Origin: Adineta vaga
Lineage: Eukaryota > Animalia > Rotifera
Direction of reading: 5' to 3'
DNA length: 64,000 nucleotides
Assembly (NCBI GenBank): GCA_021613535.1
Contig: CP075492.1
Coordinates: 5,828,001 to 5,892,000 of the forward strand
Shown piece after piece: positions 1 to 14,288 of this stretch (position 1 is the stretch's first letter; each line of letters starts with the position of its first letter). Position numbers and translations under genes: made by a program. The notes beneath the pieces were generated by a model. That model did not search any database and had not been told where the DNA came from. It worked only from the letters and a program-made list of their open reading frames with translations.

Positions 1-1
1 C

Positions 2-139
2 ATATCTGGTCCTCCACTCAAAATCGCTCGATTTGCACACTCAGCCACCCTACTGCAACCGTCTGGTAACGTACTTGTTTGTGGTGGCGAGATATTTACT
101 TGGAACGGACTCTTCGATTGTGAACTGTATTATCCTTGA
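2..139 (+). CDS. 3' end of Kelch-repeat (beta-propeller) protein, truncated by window edge
   Basis: Frame 2, absent from the ORF track, reads ISGPPLKIARFAHSATLLQPSGNVLVCGGEIFTWNGLFDCELYYP*. This matches the R-x-x-H-x-A-T-L-L-x-x-G-x-V-L-V-x-G-G...E-L-Y-x-P Kelch blade. Confidence 0.8.
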   Translation: MSGPPLKIARFAHSATLLQPSGNVLVCGGEIFTWNGLFDCELYYP

Positions 140-1781
140 CTTATTCTCACAGAGCATACGTATAGTTTTATATTGTTGTCCATACTGTGACGGCGCACTT
201 GATTTCTATTCAACTCTTTTAAGCGCTTTTAGCCTTTAAGAATCTGACATGTCTAGAGGCTGAAGCTTTTAAAAATGTGTTTCGATAGTAATTTCCCAGC
301 AATAAATGATACGTAGCGTTTATATCCATCCAGTGTGTTTGATGCATCATTTTGGATGGATATCAGTTGCGAAAAAAATCATTATTATAGGTAATTATGA
401 GCATCATGCCAGATACTGAAAAAGGTGTCAATAGTGAGTCGAAGCTATCGAAACGATGAAGTTATCAGTTCTATATTATGGTTTTATAATTTTTACATGA
501 TACCAAAATTGAAAGGTTTATTAGTTGGTTATTGTCATCACATTTAAAGTATTGAAGAAGTGCCTTTTCTATTGCGCAAGCATCAAGATTTGCAAAATAT
601 CAATGATTACTAGTAGTAAAAAAACACCAGAAATATGCTGATGTAAATAAAGAGAAATAATATTGTGACAAATTATGATAGTTTTGGAAAAATAACCAAC
701 CGATTGTTCAATCTTCTTCTGCATTATATATTTGAGTAGTAACTCGAATAATTTACAGGTATTCACACACTGTGGAATTACTTAATTATAGGATTGATTA
801 CGGAGCAGAATCACAATCGAAAAAATATTGCTTTTATCTTATGACGAACGTAACCATATTCTGTACGTTATGTTCGATTCTTCAAAACATAAATATAAAA
901 AAACAAAAACTGACGTTTTCTTTTGTCTTAATTCACTAGGAATGAATAAAAAGCGACAACAAAAACAATACACAAACATACACACACCTATATCTATATA
1001 TGTTTATATATATAGATATGTCTATTTATTTATGTATTAGCACGAAGAAAATCAACGATGCTAAAGATGATAATTAGATAAAAATATGTCAGCGAGCTTT
1101 TACCAAAAAATACGTTTTCTCTTCGATATAGGATATTCGGTTCCATATATTCCAAAAGGTACGACTTACTTCTCTATGATATATAGTTTATTGGAAAAAA
1201 TCACTAGCAATTCAGTATGCTTTAATTTCAGTTCTTCTGCGTTGATGATAGTTCAAAAATTGAGCGTTTTTGAAATTTCAATGTATCAGAAATTGCTGAG
1301 TTCGATCCGGATATATGGTTATATTTGTATCCAAAGCGAGATTATTTTTCGTGCCTGACATTTGGACCGACGCGGAAAGTTTGCACTCAAACCCATGTTC
1401 CATTTCGATCCGTGTTCAGGTGCTCGGCCGAGTTGCAGAATTCTGCATCAGATAATTTAACAGAAGCCCTATACCTTATTATTTCGTTAATCTTATTATT
1501 GAGTTATCTGAAACATTTCCGACACTATTGTATCTAAATAGTCATTTGTATTTTCGCCTTCTTTTTATTCCGTGAAAAACCATAACATGCATCCTTAGAA
1601 ATGAGATTATACTCAAAATCATAGGAAATCGCAATTTTTTCGGTATATGAAAGAGTTAGATAATCCATAATACTCTTTTATTCCATTACCGGCAGCAAGA
1701 TAATTCCTACTTATTACATGAAAAAAAAAGAAAAGTTATTTTGTATGTTGTACTATGTAGTATCACCACTTGATACATAAA

Positions 1782-2948
1782 TTAAGAGAGAAGTTCTACT
1801 TCGCTGTATTCTATATATTGACCACTTTGACGCTTTTTCATAACAAGTACACGAAAGCTGCAAAATATGTGAATGCTATTAATTACTTGTATTTCACCAT
1901 AATGTCCGCGTTCAGTAACTGCTTCGAGACCCGTCGATCCGTTATAAAGAAGTTGCCAGCTACTGCCTTGCTGTAGCATTTTTTTGCTTGTTTCGTTACT
2001 GCCCTCGATAGTAAAAATTGTTGGATCACGTTGTTCACTTGACTTAGAAGTAGCAAAGCGTACGGCTGCAAGAATGAATGGACCGCGCACAGTTGTTAAA
2101 TAAAATCCTACTCCTAGTTCTGAACTGTCAACATTCAGTGCAACACGAAACCGATGAGAAGTCGATAGATCTTTATCGAATAATTTGGATGGATTATAAC
2201 TAGAAGGATACTCATTGAACAAACTGCCAGCTGTTGCCTCTGTACTGGTACCGCCGACTTTTGTGTTATAGATGGCAACTGGATTCTCCACCACTAGATA
2301 CGTAGTAGAAAGAAAAGCTGAAATTATTATAGGATAAAAATTAAAGTAAAATTTTATATATAGTGCGAGATAGAAATTTATGCGTAACAAAATACTAGAT
2401 AAGACTATACATAACAATAAATTATTCATATTCTTCTGTATACTTTGTAATAGAAAGTGTCGCAGGAAAAATATGGTTTATTGTCGTTAGTAGCTGATTC
2501 GTCAAATCTTTGTCATAGCTCACTGTTGAAGACGTATTGATTCACACTCTAAATATCCAGTCTGACTGTTCAATCTATAAAACTGACTTCTCTCATAATC
2601 AAACCGAATACATATGTATATACAAATTAGTACATATTGTTAGAATAAAAGTTTGGGAGAAAGAGTCTTTTTTCTTCTCTGAATACAAATGTTACGAACC
2701 TGTGGCTGTTGATGTTGTTGTGGTCGTATCATCTGTTGTCGTTGATGTTGTTCTTGCTGTAGTAATATCATCAGTGATTGATGTAACATCGGAGGAAGCT
2801 ATAAATGTGCAAATCCTCATGGTATTAAGTATATATTCTATACACTAATCATCTTGATTAGTGTATGATTCTTTTATTTGAATTAAAACTTACTGGTATC
2901 AACGATGGTAATTGGTGTTGAGACGACAGTTGAACCTACTATTTCACC
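1782..2948 (-). CDS. Spliced protein with Thr/Ser-rich stalk and C-terminal discoidin/galactose-binding-like domain; 5' end not resolved
   Basis: The last exon (~2318-1782) has LFD...GFYLT...RFATS..RDPTIFTIEGSN...SWQLLYNGSTGL...SFRVLV..YSEVEL. Upstream AG/GT-bounded exons at ~2799-2700 (SSDVTSITDDITTARTTSTTT) and ~2948-2894. The ORF-track N-terminus is intron read-through. Confidence 0.55.
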
Positions 2949-3699
2949 TTTAATTAAATATAATGAAAGAAAGCTACTACTAATGCAATAGATGAAATGT
3001 GTTTGAGAAGTGACATGTAATTCCACTTAAAACAAAACAAATATAATCGCGCATCTTACTTCTAGCTGCACGCTTACCACCTTATCACCTTATCAAAAAA
3101 AACAATCTACAACCTTATGGGTATGAATATCCTTTTCATTTAATCATATTCTTCGAAAGTAAAAAGAAATAGATATGACTACTTATCCCTTAGAAGTATA
3201 TCGAATCGGCAAGCATTGTAAGATGAATAAAAAAACCACTTTTTCTGACTTGTTCGTATTCGATGAAGATATTGATTACAATATCTAGAACACCAATAAT
3301 ATCAGTTTTAAAGTCCGCCACCAAAAAGACATCACTTACCTTACAGAATCGTATCACATATAAACTATTTGCAACAACTGAATATTCAAGAAAAAAATCA
3401 GTCGCCTTATATATGCCGAAGTTTCCACTAAATTTAATTAATCTATCTGAAACAAATTACTAACTTTTTTCTCACATGTGCTCGACGAATTCCTATCTTC
3501 AATAAACTATCCAAGAATGCATTTGTTTATGTTTTTCATTATTATCTCTCCAGATTTCTGTTTAATCAATTCAAGACAACAAAAAAACATATTTTCCAAT
3601 TTTACAGTTCTGATTTCCATCTATTCTTTTCAATGGTAAGATAGTTTAATTTTATTTCAAATATAATCTGTATAATATCGAAATATAGAAAGTTCATTC

Positions 3700-3999
3700 T
3701 TAATCTGTCTCTAGCTGTTGTCGTTGTCGTTGTTGTGCATATTTGTTTTTCATTGATTCGACATCAAAAATTCCATCGAGAAAATTTTGATGAATAAATA
3801 AAATCAGATCTTTATTCGATATATCCGCTAAACGTGGCTCTGTCCGCATGATCTTATAAATTTCATAGAGTTGTCGATTGACGTTTGCTGATTTATTATC
3901 ATTCAAAGCATTGGATGATTCGTGTAATGGTTGTGCTTGAATGACAATAATACAAAGTATGAAGAAAGCGAGAAGACTGTAGTTCAACATGGAAACCAT
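3700..3999 (-). CDS. Small secreted protein of unknown function
   Basis: Intronless ORF with signal peptide (MVSMLNYSLLAFFILCIIVIQA/QP), a predicted helical core and a Gln-rich tail. Confidence 0.65.
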   Translation of the reverse strand: MVSMLNYSLLAFFILCIIVIQAQPLHESSNALNDNKSANVNRQLYEIYKIMRTEPRLADISNKDLILFIHQNFLDGIFDVESMKNKYAQQRQRQQLETD

Positions 4000-5144
4000 G
4001 ATGATCAAGAATACTAAAATAAAAATAAAATTTTCAAGAGCTTTTTCAAATGTTTGTAGAGAATAGGAATGTGTCTTCTTCGAGACTTTCTAACATATGA
4101 GATGAGTCTTCTTTTCATTGTAATACTCTCTCTTCTAATAATGTCAATATAATTGATGAATTGTTAACGTCAAGAATATATTTTGTTCGTTTCCGATAGA
4201 AGAAATTCTCTAATCCAATGTCAATCTAGAAGAAAAATGTGATACTTCACATTTATATTAACTCCTCGACATCCGTTGATGTTTTTCGGATTCATCTTTT
4301 CCTTTCCTTTTCTTTTCTTTTTTCGAAGAATAAATTTGACAGAATGATTGTTTCGCCTAATTGAATTGATGAGTCGATGTTTTTCTTTTTAATTCGATTA
4401 TTCATCGTGAAAAATCTAGGAGAAATATTCTGAAAGATCGTTCATCATCATTATATATTTTCAATGTAGACATAAAAAAAGAAGCTTCTTGCCTTGAGAC
4501 ATAAAAGTAACAAATATATTTCACACTAGAACATCAATCATGTAAGGTAATCATCATTCAGACATACCATAGCATTTGGTGATCAAAAGCAAATATAGAG
4601 ACGTCTCATGTCATGCAAACACGCTCGATAAAACTCAAATTATCAATTGAAATGAAAATAAAAATTTTTTTCTCTTTCATTTCAAAGATTATGTTGAAAT
4701 TTAATGCATAAATTAAATATTCAACGAGATTAAATGATATATGATCGGTTCTAATCTAGACTGTATTTGTCGGTGCATGTGATTTCATTTTGTTTTGTTC
4801 ATCGATGAAAATGAACTATTTCATGCAGAGAGAAAGAAAGATGTGGTATTATATTATTGTATATACATATCAGCTATTATCTCATCGTAAAGAACGACGT
4901 ATGTAATAATATTCTCTTGTTCACCGATGATAGTAACCAGTAATATTGACGCATTCTCTGCTCGCTCGCTCTCTCTTTCTTTCTTTCTCTTTTCTTTATC
5001 GACGCTTCTACTCAAATTACTTCTCTTTCTCACATCATTCACTCTATCAATAACCAAAACGTCTATTCTATAGTTCCATTTAAGTTCAATAAAATATATT
5101 AACATTTATTTTCATCCTCATGGTTTAGAATACGAATCACATCA

Positions 5145-6305
5145 ATGGGTATAGCAACTTGTTATCCTTGTGCTAAATATCTTCTTCTCGTCTTGAATCT
5201 TTTCTTTTGGGTACGTTAGCAAAGTTCAGATGTCTAAAAAGCAAAATGTCATTGTTATCTCTGTTTTTAGTTAAGTGGATTAGCTTTAATTTTTCTTGGT
5301 ATCTATTTTCTCTTACTTCCTGAAGTTCAATATATAATTCAATTATTTAATTTTACTAATTTACCATTATCATCAATTGAAATTGCTGTTTGTTTCATTA
5401 TTCTTTTTGGTATTATTATTTTTCTTATTGGACTTTTTGGTTATTGTGGAGCGAAACGAGAATCACGTACATGTCTTATACTTGTGAGTTAGAATTCTTT
5501 TATGATATATTCGAAATCAATCATCTCTTGTAGTATATTGTTTTGATAACATGTATACTTCTGTTTGAATTGGCTTTATTTATATATATTGCATTGTATT
5601 ATGATCAAGGTCAATTACTAGTAAAACAACGTCTTGTTTCACAGATGAAAAAATATAATCACATGTATCCAAGTCAATATGAAAAAGCAATTGATTATAT
5701 TCAAAGCAAGGTAAACAAATGATTGATGTTAGACAGTTGTTCCTATAGTTTGATTTCAAAGTTTTGGTTCTTATTACAATTGATACATTTAGTTGTTTTA
5801 TAGTATCATTCATGTGATGCAATCGACTCTCTCTCTCTCTTTCTTTCTTGCTTTGAACCTTGAGCATTCATCCTCTCTTATGAATAGAAGATGAGAAAGA
5901 GTCAATCAGAATTTTGAACAAGGACATCTTTACTAATTCTTTCTTCATCTATTTCTAGTATCATTGTTGTGGCATTGATTCAGCGTACGATTACAGTGAC
6001 TCTCATGTTCCTTCATCTTGTTGTTCGATGACCTCGACAGTATCTTGTACAGTTCATCACGTTGGTTTGACAGGAACACCTGGATGTTTTTCTCGACTAA
6101 CACGAACAACATTTTTTTGGGGCAAATTTATTATTCTTCTCGAATTAGGTTTATGTGCTCTTTCGGTAAGACAATTTCAAATCATTTTTTTTTCTTGCTT
6201 ATCAATTCTTCTTATTTTTAGTTAATTGGTGTTTTTCTTGCAATATGTGTTTGTCAAAATACGATGTTGTATGATGAATATATTCAAACACCATATTATA
6301 TTTAA
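5145..6305 (+). CDS. Tetraspanin (5 exons)
   Basis: Spliced translation MGIATCYPCAKYLLLVLNLFFW|LSGLALIFLG...FGYCGAKRESRTCL...IDYIQSK|YHCCGIDS...VPSSCC...GC. Four TM segments plus CCG and PxSCC motifs. Largely missed by the ORF track. Confidence 0.93.
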
Positions 6306-6871
6306 TCATTATTTCATCGCATTTTTCTTGTATGAATTTATCTGAAATGATAAATAAAACGTTCTCTCGATGATCATTTTTTAATATTCGCAAGAACTCT
6401 TATCTCTTTAGTAAGTTGTTCCCTATGGGTAATGTTGAATAGCATGCAAGGTTAAATATCATGGGCAATTTTCTCTTAGAATAACCTTGTCTTTTACAGT
6501 CAGATGTGAAGATAAAAACGCTGTATCAGTAGAAGAAAAACTGTTCTTTATTTTTGTAATAGGAATGAAGATAATTTAATTAATTAGACGAAACAGATTG
6601 TGATTACTTTTATTATTATCGAGAATTGAAATATGATTCAGTTCTACAATGAGCAAATTAACATTGTGATTTATATAAATGACGACCAGAAGTGTAACGA
6701 CACTTGAGACTAATAGAATACGTCGATTAACCTTAGGATATATTCGACTTGTTAGCCTTGAAAGAATCGCCTATCAGATATTTGGTTTTGTCAACTTTAT
6801 TCAATTATCTGTCTGACTTTTGTTTATAGACAACAATGCAATCTATATTATGTCGAAATAAAAGACATTTA

Positions 6872-8237
<1,366 letters not shown>

Positions 8238-9276
8238 TCATTCAAGTTTTTTTTTAATAGGTAAATGGTCGTTGTAATTATCTCGCTCAATTCTTGATTT
8301 CTTTTTCGATGTCTCTTACGCGTCTATGCTTTCCGATAAGAAACGGAAATAAAATCGGATGGCATTTTCTTCGTCACCATTCTCGAGTGATGCTTTGTCG
8401 TTTAGAAAACATATCAGAAGAGAGAGAGAGAGAAAGAGAAAAAAGAACATACATGATGATAAATAACACCAGAGATTCTTTCATGTCATTGAACAAGTTC
8501 AATTAATCGGATAATTATCATTTGAAGAAATGAATGGTTAAAATTTTCAATACTTACAAGATATGAGAATGGATTTAATTAGTTTGATGGAGAAAACTGG
8601 TGTGTTTAGGATATGTTTTTTCTCTATCGATAGGATCAAAGCGAAGAGAACGACAGAAGAACAAAAAAAAACTCTCGATTGAATAAAAGATAGCGATGAG
8701 AAATTTGTTTAATCAATGTCTATCAATAGAAGATAAATAATGTTAATACACTTGCAAATTCATACAAATGAATATATCTAATTTCATATGACATCTTCTG
8801 TTTTTTCTTTTCTTTTGTATTTCAAATATCTTGTCACTCAATGACAAAGACATGACGTTGACTGTATTCATAATGATTATGATTACATCTTTATATGCTT
8901 TTCCTTCTTCTTAAGATCAATTTTCCAGTATCGAAAACTATACTGATTTTGTAATTAAAGATCTATTTTATACTCAACGCTTTTCGATCCGCAAAAATTT
9001 AAATTCCACAAAACAATCATTTCTTTTTACAACATACACACAATCTGATGAATCATATTTTTTTACTACTTGAAAAAAACACATAGAACGTGATCATTGT
9101 TTGCTTGTGTTACATCCAATGGTAAAGACAGGCAAATTTTTATCACTAGCCATTTTTTTATTTTCTAGTTACTTTAGTAACTCGAAATTTCTTTCCTTTT
9201 CTTCCTTGTTTTTTTTAATCCTAAACCAACAACATTTTATACCAAATTTATCATAAAAAATTTCCAACATCTATCT

Positions 9277-10497
9277 ATGGCGTCTCACTCTCGTTTTACT
9301 GACGAAATTTGGTGTACACCAGCTCCTGGCACTTCGAAAATCCCTGTTCGTACAGTTGATGAATTACGTGATCAAATCTTTGTTGGAAAACAGCATGAAG
9401 AATTTAAACCATGTCTATTTACAGCAGAAGAAATGAATTCGAAAGAGTTATATGACAAATATCCACCAAGTTTTCGAGATAAGAATAAACAATTTATTTT
9501 TAAATACATCAACGAAATAAAACGTTATTCACCATCAGCTGATCGATCTTTATTAGTAACACGATGGAGACCATTTATGCCTGATGTTTTACCAGATAGT
9601 TTATCGATCAATTCAACAAAAATTACTTTTCAACCTAACGTTTTCAATTATAGCACATGCGGTGATGATCGTACAGTTGAATGGTATTTAAATTTTGCTA
9701 ATCATGATCTCTTTGCGTACTATAGTGGACCATTATTAGCTCAAGATGAATTACAAGTATTAGAATGTATTGAATTAGCTGCATTAAGAGAATATTTTGT
9801 TCAAACAATAAATACAGTTGGATCATCAACTGTTGGTTCGGATAAAAATACACGTAAAACTGTTCCAACACCAAGTAAAGTGATTTCGTTTGTTTTTTTT
9901 CTTCTCCTAAATATTCTTCTTCTTCTAGTTCTAATTAGTAATACTCAACGAGTCATTCGAATGGATACGAATAAAGTATATGGAAATGCTTTTGCTAAAG
10001 CTTCCGAAAGACAACTTGTTCAAGCATGTGAATATCTTGATAAAGCTCAAACAGTCAATTTAATTGCAGTCGAAGCACCTAGCCATGGTCATGGTGTTTA
10101 TACTCGCGATCAAATTGATTATATTCTTGTTACATGTTATGTTGGTTTTAAAGCTGCACAAATTCTTGCTCATAAAACTCATGACTTGAATATTTTAAAT
10201 AAAACTATACCAAGTCGAGAGGCAAGTAAAAAATTTCGAACAATTATTCATACAGGTTGGTGGGGTTGTGGTGCGTATGGAAATAATCGACAAATGATGA
10301 TTTTAACACAAATATTGGCAGCTTATTGGACAGAAATCGATGAACTTATTTTTCATACTCAATCAAACGATTATCAAAGAGATATTGATGCAGCACGAAC
10401 AATTGCTGAATCAATGTTAAAAGAAAAAAACATTGATCATGTTATCGATCAAATTCTTAAACTTAATTTACAATGGGATCGATCCAATGATACATAA
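9277..10497 (+). CDS. Poly(ADP-ribose) glycohydrolase (PARG)-like macrodomain protein, microbial type
   Basis: NFAN...GPLLAQDELQVLE and IHTGWWGCGAYGNN correspond to the PARG DFAN/QEE and TGNWGCGAFGG motifs. One in-frame 54-nt GT-AG intron at 9875-9928. Confidence 0.7.
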   Translation: MASHSRFTDEIWCTPAPGTSKIPVRTVDELRDQIFVGKQHEEFKPCLFTAEEMNSKELYDKYPPSFRDKNKQFIFKYINEIKRYSPSADRSLLVTRWRPFMPDVLPDSLSINSTKITFQPNVFNYSTCGDDRTVEWYLNFANHDLFAYYSGPLLAQDELQVLECIELAALREYFVQTINTVGSSTVGSDKNTRKTVPTPSKVISFVFFLLLNILLLLVLISNTQRVIRMDTNKVYGNAFAKASERQLVQACEYLDKAQTVNLIAVEAPSHGHGVYTRDQIDYILVTCYVGFKAAQILAHKTHDLNILNKTIPSREASKKFRTIIHTGWWGCGAYGNNRQMMILTQILAAYWTEIDELIFHTQSNDYQRDIDAARTIAESMLKEKNIDHVIDQILKLNLQWDRSNDT

Positions 10498-10923
10498 ATA
10501 TTATCAATTTTTATTTTTTCGATTAATTTAAACATGAACAGATTTATAATTTAGTAGTTTAAGATTGTATTTGTTTTCCTTGTGAAGCATTGAAAATAAC
10601 ACATTTGTGGCAGACTTAATTTTATGAAATAAAAAGAATAAAAGCTAAAATGACGTCCGTATTCTTTATTGAAAATCTAACTCAATCATAAAATTCATAT
10701 AAATAGCCCTAGACTTGGCCATATTTATTAGTATTAATAAAATGCTACCTGAAGACAATTAGAGTTTGATTGATGTGTCATTTCCTCCTTTAGGAGATAT
10801 TCATTTGACGTCAAAGAATTTAATATTTCGAAGTATAGAATGATGATGTGCTCTTTTATTCATGTTTATTCCGAAAAAATAATTGTTACAGATCAGCAAC
10901 TACTGCTTCAGTAAACATTGAAT

Positions 10924-11978
10924 ATGTCAACATTTTCAAATTTATTTTATAATTATCTTTCTCAGCAAGTTACAATTTATGCAGCATCATTCATTCTTAT
11001 AGTTGGTCTCTCTGGTGGATTATTAAATCTTATTGTATTTCTAAGTCTTCGAACATTTCGACAGAATTCATGTACATTTTATTTAATAATTATGTCGTTT
11101 GCGAATATCGTTCATTTAATCACAGCATTAACGGCTTATATTATGAGCGTTGGCTTTGAAATCGATTGGACAACAAATTCAATATATTTTTGTCGAAGTC
11201 GACTTTTTATGTTTCAGTTATGGTTATTAACCTCATTGACATGTATGTGTTTAGCAACAATCGATCAATTTTTAAGCACTTCTTTTAATCCTCGATGGCA
11301 TCGATGGAGTAATATAAAACTAGCCCGATATATTGTCATAGGCGTGTTTGTATTTTGGCTTCTTCATGGTATTCCATTTGCACTCTATCAGGATATAATT
11401 GTATCACCGTATGATACAAATAAAAGTATATGTACAACCACGAATGTAATTATGCAGCAATATTTCAATTTTGGTTTCGTACTAGTTTTCATGGGCATAT
11501 TACCATTAACTGTAATGACAGTATTTGGTTTATTAGCATATTATAATGTACAACATTTAGCTTATAGAACGGTTCCATTAGTTCGACGGGAATTGGACAA
11601 ACAATTGACACATATGGTTTTTATGCAAGTTTTTTACAATTTCTTAGTTTTATCACCATTCGTCATCACTACTTGTATAACATTCTACTCACCAACTAAT
11701 GATTTATCAAAATTTCTAAGAATTTTATCGATTAATTTTCATAATTTTTATTTTGCGGTAAGTAATGAAAGATTTTGATCATGAATAGTATTGTTATATT
11801 TCGAATCATATAGAGTCCTTTCTATATATACGTCTGTGTATCAAAACGATTTCGTCAACAATTTAAACATGTGTTTTGTATTATTCATCTGAATCGATGT
11901 CAACGAAATACTTTAAATCAAAATCAAGTGTTACCGATACCACTGAAAGTTTCAATCAATATGTTGGATGCTCAATGA
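10924..11978 (+). CDS. Rhodopsin-like class A GPCR (lineage-expanded orphan type), 2 exons
   Basis: Seven hydrophobic segments; GLLNLIVFLSLRTFRQNSC and CLATIDQF. After the intron at 11758-11813 the last exon reads SPFYIYVCVSKRFRQQ. Confidence 0.88.
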
Positions 11979-12230
11979 AATCCTACAATAAACATATGCG
12001 AATAATATATCTTGTCACAATTTTTGTTTTATGTCGTGTAATATTTAGTGAAGAACGACGTTTAAGAATATATAAAAATTAAAGAACGTGCGCATCGATG
12101 CTTATCTTTTCAGACATAGTGTGAGTATGTTCGTGATTGATTCATTTCTACTATACATTGATACTATATGTATTACAAGCTGTATATTCATTCAACTAAA
12201 AATCAGGTAAAGCATCTTATATTATTGAAT

Positions 12231-12244
12231 GTTGTTGTAGTAAC
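12231..12244. promoter_or_regulatory. Candidate RFX X-box upstream of SPATA1-like gene
   Basis: GTTGTTGTAGTAAC about 200 bp upstream of the ATG; near match to GTNRCY-N0-3-RGYAAC. Confidence 0.35.
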
Positions 12245-12435
12245 GACATGAATATTTAATAAAACAGATAGTTTTTCTCTTCTGGTTAAATAACCCAACT
12301 AAATAAAATATTTTTTTATGATATTCTCACAGACAAAAAAGCACGTATACAAATTTTTATATTATTATTTGAAGACACGACTTGTTTTTTTTGTCTCAGG
12401 TTGAGATAGGAAAAAAAAATTTGATGTTATCAGAA

Positions 12436-14213
12436 ATGCAAGTTCAAGCAGAAACGGGCCGATTAATCTCATGTTCTGATTTAATTCATATCGATCGACC
12501 TGATTCCTTAAAAGTAAACGAATCAAATATGTACATTTTAATCACACTTCTCTTTAGCATGTCGATCTTCATGTTTATATCATTCCTAAAGAAGTATGGA
12601 AAAAACAACAAAATTTAGCAGACAACGATTCAATGACGCATGCTGTATCTGTCGGTTTTGTTCAGTAGGTCATTTGAATAGAAAACTAAAATAACAAATT
12701 AAAATTCATTGGATAATTTAAGCGTTTCGGAAAATTTAACAATTCATGAATTACGTCGAGATATACGTGATCTATGTCGTAATGTTCATGATTTTCCGAA
12801 AGAATTTCTCTATCTTCGAAGTGTCGGTCGATGTTTAACAAAAGTTAAAGAACAACAAGAAAAAGAATTAAAAGTTAAAAATTATCGACCCCCTATGGTT
12901 TGTTGATTTTTCTCTTCCATTCATTTCAACATTTCACACCTTTTAGGCTTACGCACCGGAAGTAAGTTTACTGCGACAATAAACAAAAATAATTATGAAA
13001 AAAAACCGTTTACAGATTTTCATACTCGAAAATAGTCTTGATAAGGATGCAGAAGAACGATCATCATTACCTTATCCACTTCTTCAACAAAATTCAACAT
13101 CAAATCCGTAAATAACATGAAGATAACAAATGAAAAATTGCTCTTTTTTTCTCTTTCTTTTAGAAATCATACAGCAAAATTCACGTCACGGTTACAAATC
13201 TTTCTTTTCTAATAAAGTCTTAGATTCACTACGTGTATCTTCATTTAGTAGGCAATTGTCTAAACTACAAGAAGAACAAGAACGTCTCTATTCACAACAA
13301 CAGTATTTAGCTCGAAAACGTCAAGAAATGGAAGAGGAACAAAATCGAGAAGAAGCAGCTTTTAAAATTCAAACTGCTTTTCGAAATTATCGTCATCGAC
13401 AAAGTCAACAACAGCAGTAAAAACAATTTTCTAATCTTCAGTCGTTGATGTCGTTTATCTCTTTTTTTTCTTTATAGAGAAGTTGAATTTGAAATGGATC
13501 ATTCGGAAAGAGAAACAAGTAAATCAAAAAGTCAAAAAGATGACGATGAACGTGACGGTAAATTTATCTGCTCTATATTTGAATGACATCTATAAATTTG
13601 TATCGTTAGTTATAAGAATTTCGCATCGTCTTGAAAAATTAAAAATGAAACGTATGGAATTAGAAACGAATCGTGATCTAGTTGTTCGTCGGTTGCAACA
13701 ATTACAGGCACAAACTCATCTTCTACGACGGCAAGGTTAGAGACGTCTATTCATATTTGTTTAAAAATCTTTTCGTCGAGTTTAGAAAAAGATTTCTGGA
13801 GACAAAAATATCTTATTGAAAAAAGTCAAATTACTGCCATTTACGAACAAAATCATTTAAATTCAGTAATAAAAAACAATCATTCATTCTGTTCAAATAC
13901 TCTTTATTTTAACTTATTTTATAGAAAAATTCAATCGATCTTCATACTCAAGTGGAACAAACTACAATGCGTTTGAATAATACTACTAAAGTACGTTAAA
14001 ATATTCTCAAAAAAAGAAGCAATCGAATTTTTACTCTATATCTCTTTGAAGCTTCGACAACAAGCAGAATATGAATCTCGTTTACTACGACAAGAATTAC
14101 AACAAATTAGTTCAACTTTAAATACAATCGAAAGGCATCGATTACCAAAACAATCATCTGATTATCGACAAACAAGAGAACCAATTTCCTTCGATATAAC
14201 CGTACAATATTGA
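12436..14213 (+). CDS. SPATA1: Spermatogenesis-associated protein 1-like with IQ motif and coiled-coil C-terminus (multi-exon)
   Basis: VDLHVYIIPKEVW...SVGFV.VSENLTIHELR...FLYLRSVGRCLTKVKEQQEKELKVKNYRPPMAYAPEIFILE parallels the SPATA1 N-domain. Also AAFKIQTAFRNYR (IQ motif) and FWRQKY in the coiled coil. Confidence 0.78.
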
Positions 14214-14288
14214 ATAACATTTACGTTTCCTGAATAATACAAAAACAGTTTCATTCTTAATATCATAGATTTTTTTCAATCTAAATCA

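Noticed and set aside
240-1700. Possible transposon relic and short ORFs
   Set aside because: No terminal repeats, target-site duplication or transposase/RT motif could be identified.
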